Part shown: positions 15,444-25,119 of the stretch, in pieces
How the letters are laid out: each line of letters opens with the position of its first letter
Numbering within the stretch: the stretch's first letter is position 1
DNA from: a virus
Length of the DNA stretch: 64,000 nt
IMG/VR virus record: IMGVR_UViG_3300029985_000017
Location: 1 to 64,000 of that record
Strand: one strand, 5' to 3'
Translations under genes and position numbers: made by a program
Notes under the pieces: model-generated
The model's input: only the letters and a program-made list of their open reading frames with translations
What the model was told of the DNA's origin: nothing
Databases searched by the model: none

Positions 15444-18400
15444 TAGGTTATCTCCTGAATACCAATGTATGTGGTAGAACCAGAAGTAATAGCGTATATA
15501 GCTCCAGTACTAAATGAATACTCATCCATCCAAAACTTTTCTCCAGGAAATAATGTAAGTCCATATTGATAGGCAGCTGCATTCCCATTAAATCCAAAAG
15601 ATATCTGTTGAGTAGCTGTAGTATTACTTAAGTAGAGACCTTTTCTGTTTGCATTTGCAGCAAGAATCAAGGTTGAAGTAGTATTAACCAAAGCAGTCGT
15701 AGGTGCAGAGTAAGTTCTTGGAACTTTTGTGGAAACCAACTGCGCACCGTTTGCGTCTGATTGATTATCCGCTCTTTGTCCGTTTGTAAAAGTCGGTAAA
15801 GTAGAGTTGTAAACCGCCGATGTTTTTACCCCATTACCAGAATCTGCCGTTCCAGAAACAACGTTACCAACGATTTGTTGATTTCCGTTTGCATCGACAG
15901 CCAATGTTTGAGCGCTTCCAGAAGAAGCGTCCATAGTCACATTGACTGTTCCAGAAGTATATGCAGATGCCCTAACTCTAACTTGGGTAAATCCGCCCGA
16001 ACCTACAGTGTAAAGGTTGTTTGCAGTAAAAGAAGAAATATTTAATCCGCCGTTTGGGTTTCCAACGGCAAGAGCATACCAAATTCCGTCTCCAGATTGG
16101 CCTTCCATGACAAGAGTTCCAACCCATGTACCAGAAACGGAAGCGTTTACAGAACTAGTTCCATTTGCTGCAATGACGACGGTTCCATTCAAAGCCGTAA
16201 TCGTTCCAGTTACGTTTTTGTCTGAATCCGTCGCTATCACCTTAACATTGGTAAGAAGATTTGCCGCATTATCTAACTGGAGAGGAGAACTGTTGCCGGA
16301 TGAAATGGTGGTAGGGGTTGTATTAAACTGCCCAAGAACAGCAATAGCAGATGCTGGCGTTGTTACGTTTTGAGTAGTTAAGGCATCGATGATTCCAGTG
16401 ACGCCAGAAACACGTAAGCCACCAGAAGTATTTAAAGACAATGGCTGGTTAGTTGAAGTAGAGTATGTTGGTGCGGCAGTGGTAACCGACCCATTATTAA
16501 GAACGCTTAAGTTAGCGGCATTAAATTGAACAACTTCTACGTTTGCTGGAGCGGCAGAAGCGTTGATGACGACCGTTGCTGTTCCTGAAGTATAAGCCGT
16601 CATTACTGCTTGAATACTTGTAAAACCAGCTGGCAATGCAATACGCACGCCACCATTAGCAGTAAAGCCAGCGGTAGAATAAGCGTTTGTAGGACCGCCT
16701 TGAACGGCTTCAAGAGGAACAAAATTGGTTCCATTGACGCTGCCCTGGAATTGAATCGTACCAACCCAAGTTCCAGTGATAAGAGCGTATGCGGAAGAAA
16801 CGTCGTTTATTGGAAGGTTTAATGTAGCGTTTAACGCTCCAAGCGTTCCCGTAGTAGAATTGTCTGGTTTAATAGTGTAAAGAGAAGCGCCTGTTTGCGC
16901 ACTAGACCCAATAATGTTACCGTTGCCGTCAAGCGTATAAGCATTGGTTAAAACGTTTAATGGACTATTTGGATTATAAATTTGCAATTGATGTGGATAA
17001 GCAGCCGTATTCCAAGAAACAGTAGCCGTACCGGAAGTCCAAGCAGTCGCAATAGCTCTTACTTGATAATAACCAGCACAGTTTAGTTGAGCTGTCGAAT
17101 TCACAGTGGTTGAACTAGAGGTATAAGAACCAGTACTACTTAAATATACATAGATATTTTCCCAAACTCCATCACCATTATTTGCTTGAAAAGTTATAGT
17201 TCCAACCCAAGTACCAGTGATATTGAAGAATGAACTACCATAGCCAGCAGTAACGGCAATTACCGTTTGATTCAATGCTGTAATCGTTCCCGAACCATCT
17301 ATAAAATCTGATTGAGAAGTAGAAGATAAGGCTTCAGAAGCACTCAATATAGAACTTGCAGTCCCACTCGTATAGGCAGTCACGATAACACGGACATTAG
17401 TGGAACCGCTTACTGGTACTATTCCTAATATAGTTAAAGTATTTGATGTAGTAAAAGTAAAACTATTAGATATACCACCCGTCGCCGGATTTAAGAAAGA
17501 ACATGTAACCCAATTAGTTCCACCATCTATAGAACATTGAGGTGTAACAGTTCCAATAAAAGTTCCAGCAGCTAATTGAAATCCAACGGTTTGTAAACCA
17601 GCCATTGCGATAGACACAAAAGCATTTAAGGCATTTAAAGCTACTGGAGCTACAGTGGTGTTTGGAACTTGAACGTTTAATAATTGTTGTCCTGCGTTAC
17701 CATTACTAGCAGAAGTAATGGCATTTCCGAAACCGTCGTAAGTATTGGCTGCTACTCTTAAGGTCTGGGCTCCAGTAGTACCGGCACCAAAATTAGCAAG
17801 CCCCGACTGATTACCTATAATACTAGCTGTCCTTAAAGTTGTAGCACCAACGGTACCCCAGTTAGTATCATATCCTAGATTTGCAGGTGTGGAACTTACA
17901 ACCCAAGGAGAAGTAGATTGAACTACGGAGACAGAATCAGTACCAGAAGCCAAAGTCCAGGTTCTACCGGTAGTCCAGGTTCCAGATTGCGATACAGGTA
18001 AGGCAGATTGATTACTGGCTATAGTAACAGGAAAAGAGGCAGACATGGTAGTCTGACCCAGAGCAATTGCTGAGCCACCAACTTGAGTCAAATTTTGAGT
18101 CCAAGGTCCGCTAGCCTGAGTTACAGCGCCAATAGTGTTAGCGCCAGCGGGCAATGCGGTTTTTAAATTTACTAAGAGATTTCCAGAAGAATCACCTTGT
18201 AATGCAACTTGTTGGCCAGTAGTAAGAGTAGGAGCCGCAGTATTGAAAACTAAACCCGCTAGGCTTGAGAATGAAGCAGCAGTACCTGCAGCAACTGAGC
18301 CATCTGATTGATCTTTAGTAACCCAAGGAGAAGTTGATTGGGTTACAGCAACTGGATTAGTAATAGTAGCTACAGTACCAATATTCCAAGTACCAGACTG

Positions 18401-19300
18401 TGAAGCATTTACAGCAAATGCATCAGTACCCGTAGCAACAATTAAAGCACCACGAGCAGTTGATTGGGCTTCAACAGTTTGTCCAGTAGTAACAGTTGGC
18501 TGTGTAGTGTTAAATACACCACCGATTTGGACTGGATTACCAGCTTTAGATGCACCGGAAGCAGAATCACCTTGAATGATCCAAGGAGGAGTTCCTTGTT
18601 GTACAGTCCAACTACCAGATTGTACTGCTGAAACCACATCAGATGATGTAAGCGGTCTAATTATTATTCTACCACTAGAATCTAGCTGTATAGCCGATTG
18701 TTGAGTAGTTGTTAAGGTTGGCAATGTACTATTATACTGACCGCCAACTAATTGCGAAAAAGAAGCGACAGTTCCAGGAGTAACTGGACCATCTGACTGA
18801 TCTTTAGTGATCCAAGGTGAAGTGCTTTGAGTAACCGCAACTGTCCATGCTCCTGATTGAGAAACTGCCAGGGCGCTTTGGTTAGATGCAATGGTCACAG
18901 GCAATGAAGCAGCCATCAATGCTTGACCAAGCGTAATAGCAGATCCGCTTACTTGTGTCAAGTTCATGGTCCAAGGACCACTTGCTTGAGTTACTGCACC
19001 AATTGTGTTTGCGCCAGCAGGAATAGAAGTTCCAAGAACAACTATTTGGCGACCAGAAGAATCTAATTGAATGGCGGCTTGTTGCCCGTTGGTAAGCGTA
19101 GGGAGTGCGGTATTAAATATGCCGCCCCCAAGAGAGGAAACTGTAGCCGCTGTGCCACCAGTAGCTGATCCGCTAGACCAATTGATGACTTGAAGGTTTC
19201 CATTTGCGTCCGCACCAACATAATTAACACGATCGCCGACAGAATCCTGTCCGACGATTTTTACTTCGCCATCCCTATCTATATAGTTTAGGTCTGCCAT
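15443..19300 (-). CDS. long modular fibre protein (about 1285 aa)
   Basis: Repeats TQSTSPW, FNT..PTLT.GQ..A.Q.DSSG, G.ITALN...GTWVGT; start moved to ATG 19300. Confidence 0.8.
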   Translation of the reverse strand: MADLNYIDRDGEVKIVGQDSVGDRVNYVGADANGNLQVINWSSGSATGGTAATVSSLGGGIFNTALPTLTNGQQAAIQLDSSGRQIVVLGTSIPAGANTIGAVTQASGPWTMNLTQVSGSAITLGQALMAASLPVTIASNQSALAVSQSGAWTVAVTQSTSPWITKDQSDGPVTPGTVASFSQLVGGQYNSTLPTLTTTQQSAIQLDSSGRIIIRPLTSSDVVSAVQSGSWTVQQGTPPWIIQGDSASGASKAGNPVQIGGVFNTTQPTVTTGQTVEAQSTARGALIVATGTDAFAVNASQSGTWNIGTVATITNPVAVTQSTSPWVTKDQSDGSVAAGTAASFSSLAGLVFNTAAPTLTTGQQVALQGDSSGNLLVNLKTALPAGANTIGAVTQASGPWTQNLTQVGGSAIALGQTTMSASFPVTIASNQSALPVSQSGTWTTGRTWTLASGTDSVSVVQSTSPWVVSSTPANLGYDTNWGTVGATTLRTASIIGNQSGLANFGAGTTGAQTLRVAANTYDGFGNAITSASNGNAGQQLLNVQVPNTTVAPVALNALNAFVSIAMAGLQTVGFQLAAGTFIGTVTPQCSIDGGTNWVTCSFLNPATGGISNSFTFTTSNTLTILGIVPVSGSTNVRVIVTAYTSGTASSILSASEALSSTSQSDFIDGSGTITALNQTVIAVTAGYGSSFFNITGTWVGTITFQANNGDGVWENIYVYLSSTGSYTSSSTTVNSTAQLNCAGYYQVRAIATAWTSGTATVSWNTAAYPHQLQIYNPNSPLNVLTNAYTLDGNGNIIGSSAQTGASLYTIKPDNSTTGTLGALNATLNLPINDVSSAYALITGTWVGTIQFQGSVNGTNFVPLEAVQGGPTNAYSTAGFTANGGVRIALPAGFTSIQAVMTAYTSGTATVVINASAAPANVEVVQFNAANLSVLNNGSVTTAAPTYSTSTNQPLSLNTSGGLRVSGVTGIIDALTTQNVTTPASAIAVLGQFNTTPTTISSGNSSPLQLDNAANLLTNVKVIATDSDKNVTGTITALNGTVVIAANGTSSVNASVSGTWVGTLVMEGQSGDGIWYALAVGNPNGGLNISSFTANNLYTVGSGGFTQVRVRASAYTSGTVNVTMDASSGSAQTLAVDANGNQQIVGNVVSGTADSGNGVKTSAVYNSTLPTFTNGQRADNQSDANGAQLVSTKVPRTYSAPTTALVNTTSTLILAANANRKGLYLSNTTATQQISFGFNGNAAAYQYGLTLFPGEKFWMDEYSFSTGAIYAITSGSTTYIGIQEIT

Positions 19301-19317
19301 ATAACCTTTTATATCAT

Positions 19318-19350
19318 AAAGGGGATATGCCTTTTTAAGACACATCCCCT
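19318..19350 (-). terminator. stem-loop, likely terminator/attenuator
   Basis: AGGGGATGTGTC...GGCATATCCCC-TTT on minus strand. Confidence 0.55.
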
Positions 19351-19381
19351 CTATTAACTATTTCTTAATAATAATTAAATA

Positions 19382-20629
19382 TTAAACTTCTGTGCCTGAG
19401 ATAGTCGAATAAACATCCATAGCTTTTTTATCAACGTTTGTACGAATAATTTGAACTGTTGCTCCAGATCCGCTTTCTAAGAAAACTAGTTCATCCAAAT
19501 CAATAGTAATATTTGGGGTTGCAGTGGAATTAAACCCAACCCATAGAGTACTATAAGTAGAACCATCTGGAGAAACTTGAACTTCGATTTTCAACGCACC
19601 AGAAGCACTGGCCCAGATTTTTTTACCTTGAAAAGTCTTGGCAGCAGTAATAGTATATACATGATTACTACTTGCACCGGCTGCCAATGCAGCAACAGTA
19701 TTATAATTATTAACAGAAGTACCTACAAGAGCACCTGTAATTGTTACCGGAACAGGATTCGTAGCAGATACATTTGCACCTGCAACAGCTAGATTAGCAG
19801 CTACACGAAGGGTTTGTGCTCCAGTTGCTCCATTATTAAAATCAGCAGCGCCAGTAGCATTACCAATTTGCGCAGCGGTTCTAATAGTAGAAGCACCAAC
19901 TGTACCATAATTAGTATCTACAGTTGCAGGAAAATTATTAACACTAGTAACCCATGGACTTGTACCCTGATTAACAGAACCAATATTATTTGAACCAGCA
20001 GGAAGAGGTTGAGTAATATCTACTTTAACTTCTCCAGATGCAGTGATAGAAGCAGTATTTGTGCCATCTGTAAGCTTTACAAACCAACCGTTAGCAGCCG
20101 TACCAGGAGCACCTTGATTAGCACTTACTCTAAGAGTTTGAGCACCGGTTGCACCAGCATTGAAATCTGCTGCACCAGTTGCATTACCAATTTGAGCAGC
20201 GGTTCTAAGAGTATCAGCACCTACAACCCCATAATTAGTATCATATCCAAGACTTGCAGGAGAAACGGCGACTAGCAAATAACCACTAGAGTTTAATTGT
20301 AAAGATGACTGTTGTCCATTTGTAAGAGTAGCTGGAGTAGCATTGTAAATCCCACCGGCTAAACTAGAAAAAGCAGCCGCAGTACCGGGAGCAGCAGGTC
20401 CAATACTAGGATCTACAACCTGTAGCCAATAACTAGCACTTAAATTTTGATCGCCAATTGCGTTTCCGGAAATATCTTTTAGAACTGAAAACTGGCTACC
20501 AAACGTGTCAACAGCAGCCTGTTGGGTAGTTGGGTTAGTAGCATCACCAAGCTTAATAATTACGTCTTGGTATACGCTTTGACCAACGAGTTCTGTTCTA
20601 ATGGGAAGGGCGCTATTAAAATCACTCAT
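19382..20629 (-). CDS. fibre/decoration-like structural protein
   Basis: Two DTNYG.VGA.T.RTAAQIGNATGAADFN repeats, also present in the long fibre. Confidence 0.75.
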   Translation of the reverse strand: MSDFNSALPIRTELVGQSVYQDVIIKLGDATNPTTQQAAVDTFGSQFSVLKDISGNAIGDQNLSASYWLQVVDPSIGPAAPGTAAAFSSLAGGIYNATPATLTNGQQSSLQLNSSGYLLVAVSPASLGYDTNYGVVGADTLRTAAQIGNATGAADFNAGATGAQTLRVSANQGAPGTAANGWFVKLTDGTNTASITASGEVKVDITQPLPAGSNNIGSVNQGTSPWVTSVNNFPATVDTNYGTVGASTIRTAAQIGNATGAADFNNGATGAQTLRVAANLAVAGANVSATNPVPVTITGALVGTSVNNYNTVAALAAGASSNHVYTITAAKTFQGKKIWASASGALKIEVQVSPDGSTYSTLWVGFNSTATPNITIDLDELVFLESGSGATVQIIRTNVDKKAMDVYSTISGTEV

Positions 20630-20650
20630 ATTTTTTCCTTATTTATAAGT

Positions 20651-20839
20651 TTAGTTACTGGATTGAGCTTCGCTTATTCTAGCTAAAAGCTCCTGTTCTT
20701 TGGCCAATGATACGTCCACACTTTTTTGTATTTTGTCAATTTGATCTTGCATTTCCAAGATTCTTAGTTCTTGCTCTTCTCTAGCCGCATTAACCCTTTT
20801 ATACTCTACTTGAATTTTTTTAAGTTCGTATGGACTCAT
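20651..20839 (-). CDS. small coiled-coil protein
   Basis: Heptad pattern; late motif at 20857-20864. Confidence 0.7.
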   Translation of the reverse strand: MSPYELKKIQVEYKRVNAAREEQELRILEMQDQIDKIQKSVDVSLAKEQELLARISEAQSSN

Positions 20840-20856
20840 AAATGACTACCTTCCTA

Positions 20857-20864
20857 TAAAGATT
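20857..20864 (-). promoter_or_regulatory. late promoter motif AATCTTTA
   Basis: Recurrent motif. Confidence 0.7.
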
Positions 20865-20879
20865 CTTTTCATTCAAAAA

Positions 20880-21770
20880 TTATGCTGGAAATACAAGTAC
20901 TTGTATGCGAGCTTCAAAACTAGCAGCCATAGGTCTTACGTTATAAACTTGAACTTGAATAGTATTTCCAGCCGTTAATATTAAACCCGTATCATTCCCA
21001 GTTTCAAAATTAAATTCACCAGTTAGATCTCCACCAAACATAGTTCTAGCAGTATCTTGTGGCACACCATTTATAAATAAGTCATATCTAGCAATATTCT
21101 CTCCAGAAAAAGCAGCTCTTTGAAAAATACCTTGTTTTCCTGCAGGTATTGTATAATTAACAATAAAAGCCGTGGCTCCAGATGCCAAGCTAATAAGCTC
21201 ATTGTAAGTATTTACTACTGTGGTATTAGGACTAGGTGTAGATTCGACTATAACGTTAATAGAGCCATCAGGATTAACTACAAGCTCATTATTAGAAGGG
21301 GATGGGCCAATGATGTGGACATCACTGATGGCTATAGAGCCCGCTATAGCTACAGGGATGGGGTTAGAATCGGTATAGATGTTACCATAGCCATCGACCG
21401 GTATAACCCTATCAGCCATGACTGGAGCAGGCATATAGACGGTATTATAGTGGTCATCCCCAGGGATAGGAAAATTGTTTTGTTCTGGTGCTGAAATTGT
21501 GGCACTTGAAGCAACCGTATATGCTGTAAGGTCGCTTATATTTTTAGGAGAAGCATTTAAACTATTATTGGTTGGACCAACAATAAGTTGGGTGTTACTT
21601 AGGATATTTTTGACTTGAAATTTAGCTTGTGGAAGGGTATTGGATTGCAGATTAACAGTCTGCTTTATGTAAAAACCAGTAGTATCGGCGATCGTAACGA
21701 CGCCTAAGGACGTACCATCGGCGATAAAAGTCTGCGGAGAAACCGCAGCTAGTTTCTGTTCAAAAGCCAT
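20880..21770 (-). CDS. virion structural protein
   Basis: Beta-rich; L.VNPDGSINV motif; start moved to ATG 21770 after AAGGA. Confidence 0.7.
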   Translation of the reverse strand: MAFEQKLAAVSPQTFIADGTSLGVVTIADTTGFYIKQTVNLQSNTLPQAKFQVKNILSNTQLIVGPTNNSLNASPKNISDLTAYTVASSATISAPEQNNFPIPGDDHYNTVYMPAPVMADRVIPVDGYGNIYTDSNPIPVAIAGSIAISDVHIIGPSPSNNELVVNPDGSINVIVESTPSPNTTVVNTYNELISLASGATAFIVNYTIPAGKQGIFQRAAFSGENIARYDLFINGVPQDTARTMFGGDLTGEFNFETGNDTGLILTAGNTIQVQVYNVRPMAASFEARIQVLVFPA

Positions 21771-21779
21771 TTTTTCCAA

Positions 21780-21860
21780 TCCTTACCAGAGGTTAGGAAC
21801 TATTGCCACCAATAGCAGTACTCTTGACCCACGTCAAAAGCGCTTACACATAGTGCAAGC
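21780..21860 (-). ncRNA. structured 5' leader of four tandem hairpins
   Basis: GCTTGCAC/GTGTAAGC; GCTTTTGAC-GTGG-GTCAAGAGT; CTATTG-GTGG-CAATAG; TCCTAACC/GGTAAGGA. Confidence 0.6.
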
Positions 21861-21867
21861 TATAAGG

Positions 21868-21875
21868 TAAAGATT
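21868..21875 (-). promoter_or_regulatory. late promoter motif AATCTTTA
   Basis: Recurrent motif, just before the hairpin leader. Confidence 0.7.
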
Positions 21876-23595
21876 AGTTTGGATTAAAACTCCTTCGTTT
21901 AGGATAAGGAATAGACTTTCCAAAGATAGATTCATAAATTAAATTTATAATTTTCTTATCTATTTTATTTTTACCTAAAATCAGCACATATTTTCCTTTA
22001 GGCGCTTCGGTAACTTGTTCACAATTTTGCATATGAACTTTTCCCTTTTTCGTTAAAATACTATATATTTCTGAAGGAATAGCTTCTTTATTCATATATT
22101 TATTGCTTTTTGTCCATTCTTTTTCCCAAACTATTCCCAATTTTTTGGCATAATGCCTAAAAGTAGAAGTTTTTCTAAAATGTCTGCTATTAACTAATTT
22201 TCCATTTTCTAATCTATATCGCACTTTAGCACCAAAATATCCCCCTAAATAATTAAAATTACAAGCTTGATAGATAGTTCCGATTTCTCCTGCGGCATGA
22301 TCTGAATAACCAAAAAATAGTCTTTTGGTAGTATTTTTAACCATCCATCTACAAGAATACATTAATAATTTAGAACCTAAATTTTTAGGTGTCCAAGAAG
22401 CCGTAGCCCCTCTTGCAATTTGAGCTTCTAATTTAGAGCCTTCTTTTGTATTAGTATATGCATTAGGTTCTGCAATAATAATAACACCACCTAAAAAGTT
22501 TTTAGTCCTAGCTGTAAAAATCCATTTGGGAGAATAACCTATGGTACCGAGCCATTCATATTTTTGTATAAAAATACGGTGTTCTTCGGTAAATTTTTCG
22601 ATTTCAAAATCAAACTCCTCAATAGCAGAGTCTATAGGCATTCCTAGATTAATATCTTCTAATCTTGTATCTAACTTTCTTTTATATTGATGACATTCCC
22701 CAACATTAATATTGCCGTCTACAAAAGTATTTCCTTTACTTTCATTTTGATATTCTGGCAAATATTGTAAATTCCATGGAACGTGGAGTCCACATACGTT
22801 TTCTCCACCGATAGGAATTATGTGATCTACGCAGTTCCCATTAGGTCTATCCCTATATATTTGTTTAATTTCTTCTATTTGTTTAATAGAAAGCCATTGA
22901 GGCATAGCTTGTTTTTTTCTAGCCCTATAATTAGCGGTTCTAGCAACTTTTTCTTTCTTTGTTTTTTGAGCGTACTTCTGTTCAATTTCTTTTCTTTTAG
23001 CAGGATTTTCGTTGGCCCATTTAATGGCTTTTTCTATATATTTATCTTTATTATTTTCATAATGTTTTTCATAGTTATACTGCGTTTTTTCTGGATTGTT
23101 TTCTCTATATTCAGTATTTCTTTCAATAATAACTTCTTTATTTTCTCCATAATAGATTTGGTAGCAGTCTTTGCAAGCCGATACGACCCCCGTAATTCTA
23201 TTGTTATTTTTATGAAAATCATCAATAGATTTAATAAGCTTACATTTTGAACATTCTTTTTTACCATCGACCACTGGTTTATGGTCTTTCCAACGTCTAG
23301 AAATAGCCTTTTTATTTTTTTCTTTGGAAAGTTTAATGCCATTTTCCTGAAAGATTTTTTGTAGGGAAGGTTTTTTAATACCAGTTTGTTCGACAATTTC
23401 CGAAATAATAAGGCCTTGAATTCTTAAAGCAATAGCTAATTCTACTTGTTCATTAGTATATTTCTTTTTTTGTGAAAGCCTTGTCTTTACACACTCATCA
23501 GAACAAATTTTAGTTCCATAGCGTTGTGTTTGAAAGTCTTTATTGCAAACTTCACAGTTTTTATCGTAGATATAAACATATTTTTTCTTGTTCAT
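21874..23595 (-). CDS. HNH endonuclease fused to Mom-family (GNAT-fold) DNA-modification domain
   Basis: Zn fingers, HTH, VDHIIP...CGLHVPWNLQ...N..K.N; C-terminal YSD..AGEIGTIYQACNF.YLG. Confidence 0.8.
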   Translation of the reverse strand: MNKKKYVYIYDKNCEVCNKDFQTQRYGTKICSDECVKTRLSQKKKYTNEQVELAIALRIQGLIISEIVEQTGIKKPSLQKIFQENGIKLSKEKNKKAISRRWKDHKPVVDGKKECSKCKLIKSIDDFHKNNNRITGVVSACKDCYQIYYGENKEVIIERNTEYRENNPEKTQYNYEKHYENNKDKYIEKAIKWANENPAKRKEIEQKYAQKTKKEKVARTANYRARKKQAMPQWLSIKQIEEIKQIYRDRPNGNCVDHIIPIGGENVCGLHVPWNLQYLPEYQNESKGNTFVDGNINVGECHQYKRKLDTRLEDINLGMPIDSAIEEFDFEIEKFTEEHRIFIQKYEWLGTIGYSPKWIFTARTKNFLGGVIIIAEPNAYTNTKEGSKLEAQIARGATASWTPKNLGSKLLMYSCRWMVKNTTKRLFFGYSDHAAGEIGTIYQACNFNYLGGYFGAKVRYRLENGKLVNSRHFRKTSTFRHYAKKLGIVWEKEWTKSNKYMNKEAIPSEIYSILTKKGKVHMQNCEQVTEAPKGKYVLILGKNKIDKKIINLIYESIFGKSIPYPKRRSFNPN

Positions 23596-23601
23596 GTATT
23601 T

Positions 23602-23629
23602 AATATATCATACATGATATAAAAGTCAA
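23602..23629 (-). promoter_or_regulatory. sigma70-like promoter (TTGACT...TG.TATATT), leaderless start
   Basis: TG lies 15 nt before the ATG at 23595. Confidence 0.65.
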
Positions 23630-23643
23630 GAAAAAAAGATAAT

Positions 23644-23680
23644 AAAAAACCCCCAATCCTACATAGTAAGATTGAGGGTT
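23644..23680 (-). terminator. rho-independent terminator after major capsid gene
   Basis: AACCCTCAATCTTAC/GTAGGATTGGGGGTT plus T-run. Confidence 0.85.
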
Positions 23681-23706
23681 AAGATTATTTTAATTTATTG
23701 ATTTAA

Positions 23707-25098
23707 TTAGCTTAATTGGCCAGTAATGTTAGAAATCAATACGTTTTTTCTTGGTTGATATGCAGCGAGTGATAAAAATCTAAAGTGGGCCTCTGGCAAA
23801 CTTAAATCTGAGACGGCCAATTTTAGTTTGCTATAAGGAGCAAGCTGAGCGAACCCAAGGGTGTTACCTTGGATCAAGAACCCAGTCACAGCGCCTGGCG
23901 AGAAGTTGCCAAGATCGGTGAACACTGGATTGCCACTTCCCTGCTTAATTTTACCAATGAACTTAGCATTGTGGTAGTTACCACCAAGCTCAGAACGGTA
24001 AACATTGTAATAAGCAGCTCCAGATGAAGCCGTAATCGTAACGGTAACTTTGTCCCCGTTAGCGGTTACAGTAGCAGTCTGAGGAGCGCTAGGAAGCGAT
24101 TCGCCCAAGATCGAGCAAGCCGTCGCATAGTACACATACGCACCAGCAAACAACATCGATCCAGCAGCGCCTGCATCAGCTACAGCGATAGCTGGAGCAG
24201 AAGGAGTTCCCATACGTGAACGAGCTGGCTGCGTCTTTCCAGACAAGAAACGTGAAGCTTCTAGAGAAACTACAGCGCTTGAAGTCCATTGAGTACGAAG
24301 ATGCGCACCGGTAGCTTCTTGAGCCGATCCAGCGAGCATGATACGTTCTTTAGCGAAAGCGATCTTGTTATAAGCTGACAAGCTGATAGGATCGAGGATA
24401 AGACGATCAGCAGCCCCCATGTTCATGGCAGAACGAACAGAAGAGTCTTCGATGATGGATTGCGTGAGCGTTCCATTAGCCGAAAGAACTACCGTCTGAT
24501 TCGAACCGAATTCAGCGAACATAAGATCTTGCGTATTCAACTGTCCATCAGACTGACGGATCTGTTGATCAACACCAATCATATTAGGCATTTGAGCTAC
24601 GCAGGTAGGGTTACCATCGAAAACACCAGCGTTTGAGAAATCTGATTGACCACGGAATGAGTCAAACTCGATATCCCCAGCAAGCTTCATAGCAGCATCA
24701 GCAGAAGAACGATCTTCAGCTTTAACGCCATCAAAAGCACCAATCATATTGGCAGCAACCGTAACACGACGAATCGTGCTGTAGTAAGCCATAGGAACCA
24801 CCGCACGGATGAAGTTCGAGACATCTTCTTCGCCGACGCCGCCTTCAAACTGGGCAGATCCACCAAAGATCCCGTAATCTAGTTGGCGATTGAATTGATG
24901 AAGTTGAGATTTAACTTCCTTGGAAGGAAGGATTTTCTGCAACTTAATATGACTATCATCAAAAGTGACATTCTGCATCACAGGCGAAAGATCTTCGACC
25001 ATGAGGGCTGCGCCCTGTTCCAAATTACCCGGAGAGGCCATGTAACTGCCTGCTTCAAGGGCTTTCATTAGTGACTGAAGTTGTTCAATCATTTTCAT
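23707..25098 (-). CDS. major capsid protein, SPO1/Twort (Herelleviridae)-like
   Basis: 463 aa; N-arm K-A...G....P.....GAAL..EDL; IE...F.G, FDG; Ig-like insert with YNVYR; strong terminator. Confidence 0.9.
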   Translation of the reverse strand: MKMIEQLQSLMKALEAGSYMASPGNLEQGAALMVEDLSPVMQNVTFDDSHIKLQKILPSKEVKSQLHQFNRQLDYGIFGGSAQFEGGVGEEDVSNFIRAVVPMAYYSTIRRVTVAANMIGAFDGVKAEDRSSADAAMKLAGDIEFDSFRGQSDFSNAGVFDGNPTCVAQMPNMIGVDQQIRQSDGQLNTQDLMFAEFGSNQTVVLSANGTLTQSIIEDSSVRSAMNMGAADRLILDPISLSAYNKIAFAKERIMLAGSAQEATGAHLRTQWTSSAVVSLEASRFLSGKTQPARSRMGTPSAPAIAVADAGAAGSMLFAGAYVYYATACSILGESLPSAPQTATVTANGDKVTVTITASSGAAYYNVYRSELGGNYHNAKFIGKIKQGSGNPVFTDLGNFSPGAVTGFLIQGNTLGFAQLAPYSKLKLAVSDLSLPEAHFRFLSLAAYQPRKNVLISNITGQLS

Positions 25099-25119
25099 TT
25101 CTCCTTTTAAAAAGACACC

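Noticed and set aside
15443-20629. Diversity-generating retroelement acting on fibre genes
   Set aside because: No reverse transcriptase in the window and no adenine-specific template/variable repeat pair noticed.
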